From a virus: DNA of 64,000 bases. Within the stretch, counting starts at the first letter, position 1. The number at the start of each line of letters is the position of its first letter. The stretch lies in the IMG/VR virus record IMGVR_UViG_3300017788_002882, positions 37,717 to 101,716 of that record; one strand, written 5' to 3'. This document shows, piece by piece, positions 38,821 to 48,738 of the stretch. The notes beneath the pieces are model-generated. The model searched no databases, was not told where the DNA came from, and saw only the letters and a program-made list of their open reading frames with translations. Position numbers and translations under genes: made by a program.

Positions 38821-39777
38821 TCAAACTTTATGAAGTTTGAACCATTCAATTGTTTCTTTTATTCCTTGTTCAAAAAAGTATGATGGTTCAAATTCTAATT
38901 CATTTTTTATTCGTTCAATACTCACCGCTCTAAATGGAATTGTTGTGGGTTTGGAATCATCCCAAACAACTTCAGGATTTAGTTCACTAACTTTAACAAT
39001 TGTATCCACAATTTGACCAATAGATATTCCACCACCATATCCCAAATTATATGGTCTCATAGATTCTCCTTTTTCCAAAATCAATAAACAACCTTTAACA
39101 ACGTCCTTTACATAAAGAAAGTCCCTAACAACATCAGGTGACCCCCATACTACAAATGGGTTCTCACCGCTCAATAATCGTTTTATTAATGCGGGTACAA
39201 CATGGCAAGTTTTTAAATCAAAATTATCATAAGGTCCAAAAATTGCAGTCCCTCTTGCAATACAGATTTCCATTTCACCCAAACGTGATACGTGTTCCAT
39301 GAGTTTTTCTCTATATCTTCTCATCCACCCATACCCATAATAAGATTTATAAGGTTCATCAATCCAAAACTCATCTTCGGTCAATGGTCTTCTTATGTCG
39401 GGATAGCCAGTGGAACTATTTAAATCTAAGAATCTTTTTACTTTTGATTTGTAAGATGCTTCTAACACATTTCCAATTATTTGTATTTGATTCAGAGAAA
39501 TTTGTACGTCTGTTGGAACTGTCGATGGATGTGCTATTTGTCCTGCACAATGAATTACGTAATCTGACCCTTCAACAAGTTTGAAACAATCTTTCAGTTT
39601 TGTTAAGTCCAAATTTTCATGAACGAAAATATCATCATGACTATACTGTAATGGAGATTTGTGAGTATGTGTTACAACTTTTGCTCCTTGATTTACAAGT
39701 TCAATCAAATAATGAGTACCAATGAATCCTGACCCACCTGTGACTACAACTTTTTTATTTTTAAAAAAATCTTTCAT
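38821..39777 (-). CDS. NAD(P)-dependent epimerase/reductase (GDP-fucose synthase-like)
   Basis: TGGSGFIG, FGPYDNFD...HVVPALI and RDFLYVKD motifs. Confidence 0.85.
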   Translation of the reverse strand: MKDFFKNKKVVVTGGSGFIGTHYLIELVNQGAKVVTHTHKSPLQYSHDDIFVHENLDLTKLKDCFKLVEGSDYVIHCAGQIAHPSTVPTDVQISLNQIQIIGNVLEASYKSKVKRFLDLNSSTGYPDIRRPLTEDEFWIDEPYKSYYGYGWMRRYREKLMEHVSRLGEMEICIARGTAIFGPYDNFDLKTCHVVPALIKRLLSGENPFVVWGSPDVVRDFLYVKDVVKGCLLILEKGESMRPYNLGYGGGISIGQIVDTIVKVSELNPEVVWDDSKPTTIPFRAVSIERIKNELEFEPSYFFEQGIKETIEWFKLHKV

Positions 39778-40445
39778 ATCAATTTATTTGTTTCGATATA
39801 TCTTTTGTATGAAATTTCACGTTTTCCTATTCCTATTGCGTCATCCAAAAATAAATCACATGGGTCATTGTGAATATAATTTGACAATGAACTACCATAT
39901 AATAATTCATTTTTCACAAAAATTAAGTTTCCCGTCATACAAACTAACGAATAATCCTTAGTTTTAGCTAAATCAACAGTCGACTTGAAACTACTACTGA
40001 AAGTTTTACCATCATAGACATGTACAGTCTGACAATCGAAAAAGGGATTTATTTCTATAACAACAACATTAGGAGTATAATCATTAAGACTATTCCATAT
40101 ATAATAGTCATTTCCGTCAATATCAATACTAAGTATGTCAAAATTTAATTCCAAACCAGTTTTTTTCAAAACATTATCCAATCGACTATCTCCAAGTGGA
40201 GTTATTTCTTCGTAAATAATTATACCCCCCTCTAACTGTGGTAAATGAAAAGGATTTTTATCAATATAAACTCCATACCATCCGTAGTTTTGAACTAAAT
40301 TATATGTATTGGAGAAAATAAGATGATTCATTCCTACCTCACAACACTGTTTGTTATTCAACTTTAACTCATCGATTAAAAATTGCAAAACTCCATCTTC
40401 TCCATACTGAGAATATATTGAATATGAATTGTCAATTATTTTCAA
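39774..40445 (-). CDS. FkbM-related methyltransferase
   Basis: YSQYGEDG, DILSIDIDGNDY and VIEIN motifs. Confidence 0.7.
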   Translation of the reverse strand: MKIIDNSYSIYSQYGEDGVLQFLIDELKLNNKQCCEVGMNHLIFSNTYNLVQNYGWYGVYIDKNPFHLPQLEGGIIIYEEITPLGDSRLDNVLKKTGLELNFDILSIDIDGNDYYIWNSLNDYTPNVVVIEINPFFDCQTVHVYDGKTFSSSFKSTVDLAKTKDYSLVCMTGNLIFVKNELLYGSSLSNYIHNDPCDLFLDDAIGIGKREISYKRYIETNKLI

Positions 40446-41413
40446 TGATTTACAAAAGGGTTGTAACGCTTATCTAAAATGTCTTTATTATTAAGGAACC
40501 AATCTGTAGTTTTTTGAATACCATCTTCCAAAGAAATTTGATTTTTGAAACCATATTTCTTCATTTTATTCATACTCATCAATCTTTTTTTATCACCACT
40601 TGGTATATCTGTGTGCCACTTTACATCAATTTTTCTACCAGAGTGTTTAATGACTAATTCAACTAATTCCTTTATTGAATTTCCTTCTCCTGAACCCAAA
40701 TTGACTGGTTCGGTAATTTTATTTTCAACCGCGAATATCATACCATCAGCAACATCTTCAGCGTGAATGAAATCACGGATTTGAGACCCATCTCCAAAAA
40801 CGTCTAAAACTTCGTTCTCTTGAACTTTGCGTATCAAAGAAGGCACAACCATTGCATTCGCTGGATTAAAGTTGTCATAGGGTCCGTAAACGTTTGCAGG
40901 CCTTACTATCGACACTCGGTTCCAACCATATTGTTTGGAGTAGGTTTCAGTCTGTAATTCCCCGATTCTTTTTGCCCATCCAGCATACATGTCGTTCGGT
41001 GATGGAAATGTACCCCACACACTTTCTTCATAAAAAATTTCAGAAGGAGCATAAACTCCAACTGAACTTGTAAACATATACCATTTGACATCAGACTCAA
41101 ATGCCGCCTGAGTCATATTGGTATTGAACTGTAACATTGGAACCATAAAATCAACAGGTTGATTCATACACATTACTGGAGAACCTTTCACTCCTGCTAA
41201 ATGAAAAATATAGTCTTTGCCCTTACAAATTTCCAAACAGTTATTGAAATGTCTTAGATCAGTTTTAACAAACTCTACATTATCAGGTAAATCTATCGGG
41301 TCGGTTAAATCTGCAATAGTAACCTGAGCCCCTCTATTCATTAATTTCTTGACAAGTTGTCTTCCTATCATTCCAGATCCGCCAGTCACTAATACTTTTT
41401 GATTTTCAAACAT
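40442..41413 (-). CDS. NAD(P)-dependent epimerase/reductase (Fcl/ColC-like)
   Basis: TGGSGMIG, WAKR, RPANVYGPYDNF and RDFIHAED motifs. Confidence 0.85.
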   Translation of the reverse strand: MFENQKVLVTGGSGMIGRQLVKKLMNRGAQVTIADLTDPIDLPDNVEFVKTDLRHFNNCLEICKGKDYIFHLAGVKGSPVMCMNQPVDFMVPMLQFNTNMTQAAFESDVKWYMFTSSVGVYAPSEIFYEESVWGTFPSPNDMYAGWAKRIGELQTETYSKQYGWNRVSIVRPANVYGPYDNFNPANAMVVPSLIRKVQENEVLDVFGDGSQIRDFIHAEDVADGMIFAVENKITEPVNLGSGEGNSIKELVELVIKHSGRKIDVKWHTDIPSGDKKRLMSMNKMKKYGFKNQISLEDGIQKTTDWFLNNKDILDKRYNPFVNH

Positions 41414-42593
41414 CGTTTAATATTTTAGTAAGGTTTATAATTTGTTCATCAGTAAGGTCGATATGATTACCAATATAAAGTGAGTTATTGTGAACATAAT
41501 TTACAAAATCTAAATCTCCCACCACCTTGAAAGGAAAATTATCCAAATATGGTTGGTTTGCTTGATTTCCTCCACCAGCAGTTCCCAGTCTGTACTCTAT
41601 ACCTCTCAAATCCAAACTATCACAAACACTGTCAAAATCATCATTGATATGGAATCTATCTTTATAGAGAGGACGAATTATGAGAGGTAAAGCAAAACTA
41701 CTATTACCGTCGACATTGAATTCAGTAAAGTACTTTTCATTATCCAAATTTTGTAACCAAATTGACAAATTGTGTCTTCGTTTTTCAACGTAACTATCAA
41801 TTCTTTTCATCTGTTCAATCCCCAAAACAGCATTTAACTCCGTACTTCTCATATTGAATCCTGCAACTGCAAAAGTGAACAAAGGGTTAAGTTCAGGATA
41901 ATTTTGTTTATAATAATTTTGAGTTTCTTCAGACACTTCCCTTGTCATACCGTGAGACCTGAACAACTTTGACAACTCATCAATCTTTTCATTGTTTGTA
42001 CAAATCATACCACCCTCAATTGTTGTAATGTGGTGTCCGAAGTAGAATGAAAAAATGGAAATATCTCCGAAAGTTCCAACTTTTTTACCATCATAAGTCG
42101 CCCCATGAGCCTCACAACAATCCTCTATTAACAATATATCATTCTCTTTAGCAATTCTGATAATTTCTTCATTAATCCCGTTGAACCCCAAACAATGAAC
42201 CAAAACTATCGCCTTAGTTTTCTTGGTAATTGCTTTCTTAATATTTTCTGAAGTAATTGCCAAATTATCCAAAGAAATATCAACAAACACGGGAGTCATT
42301 CCCAATTGAACCACGGAAGAAATGTCTGACACCCAGCCCAATGGGGGCACAATGACTTCACCAATTCCTTTGAGTTCTTTGACAATTGCGATTGACAGAA
42401 AATTTCCAGAGTTTCCTGAGTTCAACATTGTACTATGTTTAACCCCCAACCAATTACTCCAAATTTTCTCAAATTCTTGTACTTTGACTCCGTTTGTTAA
42501 TCTTTGATTTGATAAAATAAAACTCGACAAAACTTCTCTGTCTTCCCGACTAACATTGTCATTAATCAAAGGCCAATTATAAGTCTTTCCCAT
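41406..42593 (-). CDS. colD: ColD-like PLP-dependent GDP-4-keto-6-deoxymannose 3-dehydratase
   Basis: DegT fold with EDCCEAHGA; SFYFGHHITTIEGG has His where aminotransferases have the PLP Lys; lacks the RfbH/E1 Fe-S Cys cluster. Confidence 0.7.
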   Translation of the reverse strand: MGKTYNWPLINDNVSREDREVLSSFILSNQRLTNGVKVQEFEKIWSNWLGVKHSTMLNSGNSGNFLSIAIVKELKGIGEVIVPPLGWVSDISSVVQLGMTPVFVDISLDNLAITSENIKKAITKKTKAIVLVHCLGFNGINEEIIRIAKENDILLIEDCCEAHGATYDGKKVGTFGDISIFSFYFGHHITTIEGGMICTNNEKIDELSKLFRSHGMTREVSEETQNYYKQNYPELNPLFTFAVAGFNMRSTELNAVLGIEQMKRIDSYVEKRRHNLSIWLQNLDNEKYFTEFNVDGNSSFALPLIIRPLYKDRFHINDDFDSVCDSLDLRGIEYRLGTAGGGNQANQPYLDNFPFKVVGDLDFVNYVHNNSLYIGNHIDLTDEQIINLTKILNDV

Positions 42594-42610
42594 AATAAGA
42601 AAAATAAAAT

Positions 42611-43345
42611 TTATTTGATTGAAGTCAAAGACTTATCTAATATTAATTTCAATAGATGAATAGGAATATTAATTGGATTATGTACCCCGATTGGATTCGG
42701 ATAAAAAATATCTTCGACACTAAATTTCATAGCTGTTAATATATCAGGAAGTTGATTGTCTCGTAAATGTTTCACAAAAAAAATGTCCTCCCAAACTCCT
42801 TCTTCGATTTCATGTTGCTTCAGGTATTTGATGGTTTTTGACTTTTTTCTAATAGACAATCCTCCATTCCCAATGAATTTACCCTCTTTAGGTTTGGACC
42901 AAGGAGCTCCAATAAAATCATATTTGAGAAAACTTTTAGGGATTTCTCTCAACAATAATGAATCTATTTGGAAATTGAGTATTGTTTCACCTTCAACCAA
43001 CTTCCAAAAATCCAAACTTTTCAATAACTCAGTATGCGATGTTTTGTCAATATCTTCAATGTCCAATTCAGTTAGAACAATATTTTTCCAATCACCAACA
43101 ATTTGTTCTATAAAATTTTTATTGCTCTTACTGTGAAAAATTTGTAACCCCCATTTAACTTCTTGGTTGTTCCTGTTTAAAAAATAAATGTGATTTTTTA
43201 AAATTTGTTCAAAATTAATAACTGTTCTATTCTCAATTATTATTGAATTAAATTTTGATTTTTTTTTCAATACAGGTATAAATCCTTTCGTTTTTTTTTC
43301 AAAATTTGTCAGAAATTCATTAAGTAATGAATGTTGGGGGGTCAT
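42611..43345 (-). CDS. DUF5672-like putative glycosyltransferase
   Basis: FQID, YDFIGAPW, GNGGLSIR, EDIFF, FSVE and GVH motifs. Confidence 0.75.
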   Translation of the reverse strand: MTPQHSLLNEFLTNFEKKTKGFIPVLKKKSKFNSIIIENRTVINFEQILKNHIYFLNRNNQEVKWGLQIFHSKSNKNFIEQIVGDWKNIVLTELDIEDIDKTSHTELLKSLDFWKLVEGETILNFQIDSLLLREIPKSFLKYDFIGAPWSKPKEGKFIGNGGLSIRKKSKTIKYLKQHEIEEGVWEDIFFVKHLRDNQLPDILTAMKFSVEDIFYPNPIGVHNPINIPIHLLKLILDKSLTSIK

Positions 43346-43349
43346 ATTT

Positions 43350-44123
43350 TTATATTAACTTATTTCCAATTATGTGTTTGTAAAATAATTCGTATTGAAC
43401 AAGGTGCGCTTTTTCTCCCATATGTGTATCAATTATTTCAAAATTAGTTTCTTCCGCAACTGTAACTCCTCCGAACTCGTAAAAAACGTCAAATATTGTT
43501 CTTTTCATACTAGCTCGATGTATCTGTATATGTTTTTCATATGGGATTTGGGGAGGCAAATTATTTATCATATCACCCAAAATATACTTTCTGTCAATTA
43601 ATCGTTCTGTTGGTAAATCATTTATTATGTCTACGTCTGCCGACCAAAAAAAAACTTCAAACCCTTTTGATTTTGAATATTCGAATATTAAATTTTCATT
43701 TTCATAAATTTCTTCGATACAAGGAGGAAGAAGTTTATGTAAAGCAATATCGTTTCTAGTGTCTTCTGAAATTACAGTTCCATCATGAGGATTACCTCCT
43801 AATCTCACCCATTTATAATTTCGGTCATCATCTGACCAAGTAACCCAACGAAACCTACTTGGATAGGTCCAATTTATAATCACTATATCATCTTTTTTAA
43901 ATTCATGAGAGTGTCTACAAATTGTTTGGAAAATTTCGGAATTAGACATACCACCAACTGCGTTATTAACCATTTCCATACCCAATTTTTCTGAAAGTAA
44001 TTCACCCCAACATGGAGGAAATTCTCCCCCACGATATTTTTTCCATTCTTTAAATGGTGGAAACGTTAAATCAAGTTTATGACCTTCGGTAAAACTATCT
44101 CCAAATAAATGTAACTTTTTCAT
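43350..44123 (-). CDS. SGNH-like protein
   Basis: FGDSFTEG, GGMSN and DTH motifs. Confidence 0.7.
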   Translation of the reverse strand: MKKLHLFGDSFTEGHKLDLTFPPFKEWKKYRGGEFPPCWGELLSEKLGMEMVNNAVGGMSNSEIFQTICRHSHEFKKDDIVIINWTYPSRFRWVTWSDDDRNYKWVRLGGNPHDGTVISEDTRNDIALHKLLPPCIEEIYENENLIFEYSKSKGFEVFFWSADVDIINDLPTERLIDRKYILGDMINNLPPQIPYEKHIQIHRASMKRTIFDVFYEFGGVTVAEETNFEIIDTHMGEKAHLVQYELFYKHIIGNKLI

Positions 44124-44134
44124 TTTTTTGTATT

Positions 44135-44773
44135 CTAAATTTTATATTGAATTTTTTTGAAAATTTCTTCGGCAATCAATTTATAACCTAAAATATTCGG
44201 ATGATAATCTCCCCAAAAAAGATTCTCCTCATTTTTCCAAACACTTCTACTTTCATATTCCCAAACCGAAACATCGTTAGTAACTTCATATTCTCTTAAA
44301 ATATCCACCATAGTACCATTCGGATTTATAAAATAGTTAGGAAGTGTTGTTACATCGAAATCATTTTCATCTTTAAACGTAGGATAAAAACTATTAAAAT
44401 AAAATCGTTTATGTGAGTTTAGTAACTTTTCTAATTTTTTGAAAATTTCGACGGGGTTATTCTCAGGTTTTTTTACTCTGTATCTATGGGGATATGAAAA
44501 CATAATAATGAAAACATCTTCATCTTCAACCATTTTATCATCGAACAATATTTTTACTTCATTGTAAATGTCATGATTACCTGCCCCACAATACCCATTG
44601 TTCACAAATGGACAATTCAATTTTTCAGCGACATATCTCGGCCAAGAATTAAACTTTCTTAGATTGACAATGAAATTTTTTCCCTGAGTTGGATGTGGAT
44701 TTTCCTTATATTTGAGATTTGACTCAACTCCATGTCCTGCCGTCCAACTATCTCCAAACGCCAACAATCTCAT
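44135..44773 (-). CDS. SGNH-like protein
   Basis: FGDSWTAG, GAGN and DYHPNILGY motifs. Confidence 0.75.
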   Translation of the reverse strand: MRLLAFGDSWTAGHGVESNLKYKENPHPTQGKNFIVNLRKFNSWPRYVAEKLNCPFVNNGYCGAGNHDIYNEVKILFDDKMVEDEDVFIIMFSYPHRYRVKKPENNPVEIFKKLEKLLNSHKRFYFNSFYPTFKDENDFDVTTLPNYFINPNGTMVDILREYEVTNDVSVWEYESRSVWKNEENLFWGDYHPNILGYKLIAEEIFKKIQYKI

Positions 44774-45504
44774 AATTTTTCATTTATGAATTTGATTATG
44801 TTTTCATGAAGATACTTTTCGTAAATAATTTTTTGTGCATCGGACCCATAATGAAAATTTGTTTCACTTATTGGTTTCAAATTTATTTTTTTCGCAAATG
44901 ACTCAACAGACCCATCTATAATATCCATAGAGTCTAGTATTTTCTCATATCCAACTTCTTTCGCAAGTTCCTTGATGTCAACGGCCCATGAAAAAAACAA
45001 AACTTTCTTTTTAAAAAAATTAAATAAGTTTTGAACTGCCATCATTGTATGAAATACTTTAATTTTCATGTTAAAGTCAGAAGTTATTATGTGATTTGTC
45101 ATAAATTCGGATACATCATAATTTCCATCGATAAGTTTATTTATATCATCATTTGCAAATGAATGTTGAAAAGTAAAATACGAAATACCTTTCGTTTGTC
45201 TCCAACAACAAATTTTATTTTCATTATATTCCAAACCTTTAAAATATTTTTGATATTCATCCTTAGGGTCATTTCCATTTAAACCTAAAACTAACCTTGA
45301 TGGTTCAATTATTTGGAATACATAAAAATCTAAAGTGTGAGTATCTAAAGTTAATTTTATTTTTTCTACCATCATTTCATTTCCAACACCAGGTGCAGTC
45401 ACATCAATAATATTACATCCTAAATTTTCAGACATGTAATAAGACCACGGTTTACCAAAACTACCTCCCGAATGTGAACATCCTGCGACTCCAATATTTA
45501 ACAT
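44770..45504 (-). CDS. SGNH-like protein
   Basis: AGCSHS, PGVGN and FHY motifs. Confidence 0.6.
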   Translation of the reverse strand: MLNIGVAGCSHSGGSFGKPWSYYMSENLGCNIIDVTAPGVGNEMMVEKIKLTLDTHTLDFYVFQIIEPSRLVLGLNGNDPKDEYQKYFKGLEYNENKICCWRQTKGISYFTFQHSFANDDINKLIDGNYDVSEFMTNHIITSDFNMKIKVFHTMMAVQNLFNFFKKKVLFFSWAVDIKELAKEVGYEKILDSMDIIDGSVESFAKKINLKPISETNFHYGSDAQKIIYEKYLHENIIKFINEKL

Positions 45505-46235
45505 TTTTTGTGTTTTTGTATGAATTTATAAAAAAAATCAGCCTGTGCTATGTGACCAAATTCACCAAAATGTCCATCGTTTACTACATTGTTAGTTTCG
45601 TGAACAATACGAGCATGAGTTCCAGTCTCTTCCCAACAGATTTCTGAAATACGCTCCATTAAACCCAATCCTCTATTTTCAGAATCCAAAACACTTATGA
45701 TTTTTTCATCATCAATTTTATTGAAATCCGATGTAATGTCGTAATCACTTGTCCAATGATGAATTTTAACTTTTTTCATATCACAAATAAGATTAATTAT
45801 TTTCATCCATCCATAAATCTCTTTATGCCATATTGGATGGGTTCTATTATAAAAAATCTCATCTATAGTATTCTTCGAAAGTAATGTATCAGGAAAATCA
45901 CTATCACACGGTAAAATATTGTTTAAGTTATTATCCCTAAAATTTGCGGCAATAAATCTTTTATTATTTGCCCATCCAACTATTACTCTATCATTTTCTT
46001 CGAATTGGTCACAAACGTCTGTAATACTGATGAAAATATTCGCATTGGATGACCCTCCGACTGCAAGATTTACCACTTCGAATCCAAGTTTTTTAGCCAA
46101 AATTGTTGGCCAAACATCGGGTAATGAACCACCCTTGTATTTTTTATAATGGTCATAATTACTGACAACAAAACTTTCCCCAACAGGATAATATTCTGCA
46201 GTATAACTGTCCCCGAAAACCCATAATTTACTCAT
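45498..46235 (-). CDS. SGNH-like protein
   Basis: FGDSYT, NLAVGGSSN and DGHFGEFGH motifs. Confidence 0.7.
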   Translation of the reverse strand: MSKLWVFGDSYTAEYYPVGESFVVSNYDHYKKYKGGSLPDVWPTILAKKLGFEVVNLAVGGSSNANIFISITDVCDQFEENDRVIVGWANNKRFIAANFRDNNLNNILPCDSDFPDTLLSKNTIDEIFYNRTHPIWHKEIYGWMKIINLICDMKKVKIHHWTSDYDITSDFNKIDDEKIISVLDSENRGLGLMERISEICWEETGTHARIVHETNNVVNDGHFGEFGHIAQADFFYKFIQKHKKC

Positions 46236-46237
46236 AA

Positions 46238-47578
46238 TTAAATTAAACTTCTGAAAAATTTATAATCATCTGTATTTCTTAAAATATTCAAAATAATATT
46301 TTTATTTTTTTCGAATCTATCGTAGTTACTTTTATAAAACTCTCTAACTTTTTCTTTATTTCCACTCAGTCTTTTTATCTCATTCAAAATTTCAAATAAT
46401 CTATCCCTGTCATTCACAATATTGTCATAAGAATGGTCTATTATATCTTCAAACATGTCAAATCCGTAAATTTCTTTCAAATGTTTAACATGATGGTGCG
46501 ATGCAACAAAAATCGGTAGTTGATAAAAATAGAATGGACGGAATGATTTTTCAGTAATATGTACTATCAATTCACTATCAAGATAAGATGATTCAGTTAC
46601 AATATTAATATAAGAGTTCTCAAATGTTTCTACTTTTTCAGGAACTCTCATCCAAATAGGTAAACCTTCCACATTTATTTCATGAGAATTCGGTTTGAAC
46701 CAATCTTCTTCAATTTCAAAATCACTTTTTTTAATCTCTATTGACATGAAATAATCTATATCACTTTTGTATTTCTTCATTTCATCTTTAGTAAAAATTT
46801 GAGAGAAAAAAAGTTCATTTTTGCATTGGAAACCTGAAACCAAAGACCAATTAACATCATCAATTAAATTTTCATTTTTCATCAAAATCAAAATTGAATA
46901 TCTGTGTGGTTTAGGTGATCTGTTATGACACAAGAAAAATTTCCCTTTTTTGTTTTCATTAAACCGACTTTCAATTTTTACTAATGAGTTATTTGATGTG
47001 TTAGGTATAAACTTTATGGAGTGAACGTTCAATTCAGGTATGAAAGTATGTTTCAACTCATTCAACTTACTATTATTATTTACAACAAAAATTTTTTTTG
47101 GGTTGATACGGTGTTTTTCGATAAACTGTTTCAAACATTTAAACGCTTTGACTCCCTCAGGTTCATGGGCGGTTAGTAACATAAGAAAAAAATTATCATA
47201 ATTTCTTAAAAATTCCAAGACATTTTCAGGGATTGGTGGGGTTCCCCTCAAAACCGCTTCGATTTGTTCATGGTGGTTAATCGACCCGCAAGATAAAGTT
47301 TTACATAAATCAAATTGATAATAATCCAAAATATAATAATATTTTTCTTTGGGATTTTTTTCTATATCTTCTAACTTACAATTAACAGTATCAAATCTAT
47401 CAGATAGATTAGGAAATTGGTCTTCGTAGAATCCGAATGCTAATCCCCTATTTGTATAGTTCATTATCAATCTACTCCCATCCCAAAAAACGTCCCCGTA
47501 TATTTTTACCCCGTTTGCAACAGGTACATCGCTTCCCTCAATCCAATGGTCATAAATTAAATTTAGTTTTCTTATCAT
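46238..47578 (-). CDS. GT10-like paralogue
   Basis: FFLCHNRSPKPHR, INIVTES, ITEKSFRPF and DIIDHSYD motifs. Confidence 0.5.
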   Translation of the reverse strand: MIRKLNLIYDHWIEGSDVPVANGVKIYGDVFWDGSRLIMNYTNRGLAFGFYEDQFPNLSDRFDTVNCKLEDIEKNPKEKYYYILDYYQFDLCKTLSCGSINHHEQIEAVLRGTPPIPENVLEFLRNYDNFFLMLLTAHEPEGVKAFKCLKQFIEKHRINPKKIFVVNNNSKLNELKHTFIPELNVHSIKFIPNTSNNSLVKIESRFNENKKGKFFLCHNRSPKPHRYSILILMKNENLIDDVNWSLVSGFQCKNELFFSQIFTKDEMKKYKSDIDYFMSIEIKKSDFEIEEDWFKPNSHEINVEGLPIWMRVPEKVETFENSYINIVTESSYLDSELIVHITEKSFRPFYFYQLPIFVASHHHVKHLKEIYGFDMFEDIIDHSYDNIVNDRDRLFEILNEIKRLSGNKEKVREFYKSNYDRFEKNKNIILNILRNTDDYKFFRSLI

Positions 47579-48738
47579 GAAATCCGTGTGTTTCCGTATT
47601 GAATAATTCTAACATTTTCATCTTCCGATTTGAATTCTCTCCAAACATCTAAAACAACACTACCCTTCGGAAATGGAAAGTCATAAAACTTTCCTCTATG
47701 TGCTAATAAATAAACCGCAATTTTAGGATTAGAGTCGAATTCGAAGTCGACACCTTTCTTCTGTAAATAGTATCCTGTCAAAATCGATGTCGACCCTTCA
47801 GTGTAATCAACATTCGGTTTATAAGATTTACCCAAAATGACAATCGGAAGTTGGAATTTTTCAGATAATGTCACTAATTTGTCAGCCAAATTTTCCGCTT
47901 GCTTTTCTCTGGCTTTCATAATTGTATCGAATATGTCATAACCCAACTCGTTTGATAGGGTTCTTAAAGCAATATTGTCCCTCGGGTGACATCCTCCTCC
48001 ATCACCCATACCAGCTTTCATGTAGTATGGGCTTACAATTCTTTTAGTACTTCTTTCTAATGCCCCAGTAACAACATCTGTATTGATATTTCCTTTTTTT
48101 TCCGAAACATCTTGAATCATATTAACTAATGCGATTTTCGTGGAAATGAATGTGTTGTAAAATATTTTTATTGCTTCAGCTTCATCCCAAGTTCCCACTT
48201 CGAATCTAGCTTCAGGATTAACAAACGTTTTATAAAAATCAATCAACAAATTTGCATCTCCTGTAAAAGTACCATCTTCTGTTCCAATAATAACCATTTC
48301 GGGATTAACCATGTCTTCCTTGACAGTCCCCATTGCAATGAGATATGGATTATAAATGAACCTGAAATTAGTACATAAATCAATGAATTCTTTTCTTATT
48401 GTACCAGGAAGCACTGTAGAAATTAGAACAACTAATTGGGTTCTATTTGTGTGATTATTTACGTCAGTCAGTACTTCTTTAACGATACTATAGTCAAAAT
48501 CTTTTGGTTCAAGGTGTGAAGTTGGATATTTTCCATCATATAGTGGGTCATGTGGTGTTGGAACCGCGATAAAAATAATTTCTCTTTCAAAACAAACTTC
48601 TTTTATGGTTGTTTTCATTTCAAAGTTTAACCCTAACCTTTCATGTGTGTCGTACCCAAAAACTTCATGTCCAGCATCACTCATGACCTCTGAGGCATCT
48701 CTTCCCAATTTTCCAATTCCAATAAAACCTACTTTCAT
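47575..48738 (-). CDS. ugd: UDP-glucose/GDP-mannose 6-dehydrogenase
   Basis: GIGKLG, IAVPTP, STVLPGT, AEAIKIFYN and GDGGGCHPRD (catalytic Cys) motifs. Confidence 0.85.
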   Translation of the reverse strand: MKVGFIGIGKLGRDASEVMSDAGHEVFGYDTHERLGLNFEMKTTIKEVCFEREIIFIAVPTPHDPLYDGKYPTSHLEPKDFDYSIVKEVLTDVNNHTNRTQLVVLISTVLPGTIRKEFIDLCTNFRFIYNPYLIAMGTVKEDMVNPEMVIIGTEDGTFTGDANLLIDFYKTFVNPEARFEVGTWDEAEAIKIFYNTFISTKIALVNMIQDVSEKKGNINTDVVTGALERSTKRIVSPYYMKAGMGDGGGCHPRDNIALRTLSNELGYDIFDTIMKAREKQAENLADKLVTLSEKFQLPIVILGKSYKPNVDYTEGSTSILTGYYLQKKGVDFEFDSNPKIAVYLLAHRGKFYDFPFPKGSVVLDVWREFKSEDENVRIIQYGNTRIS

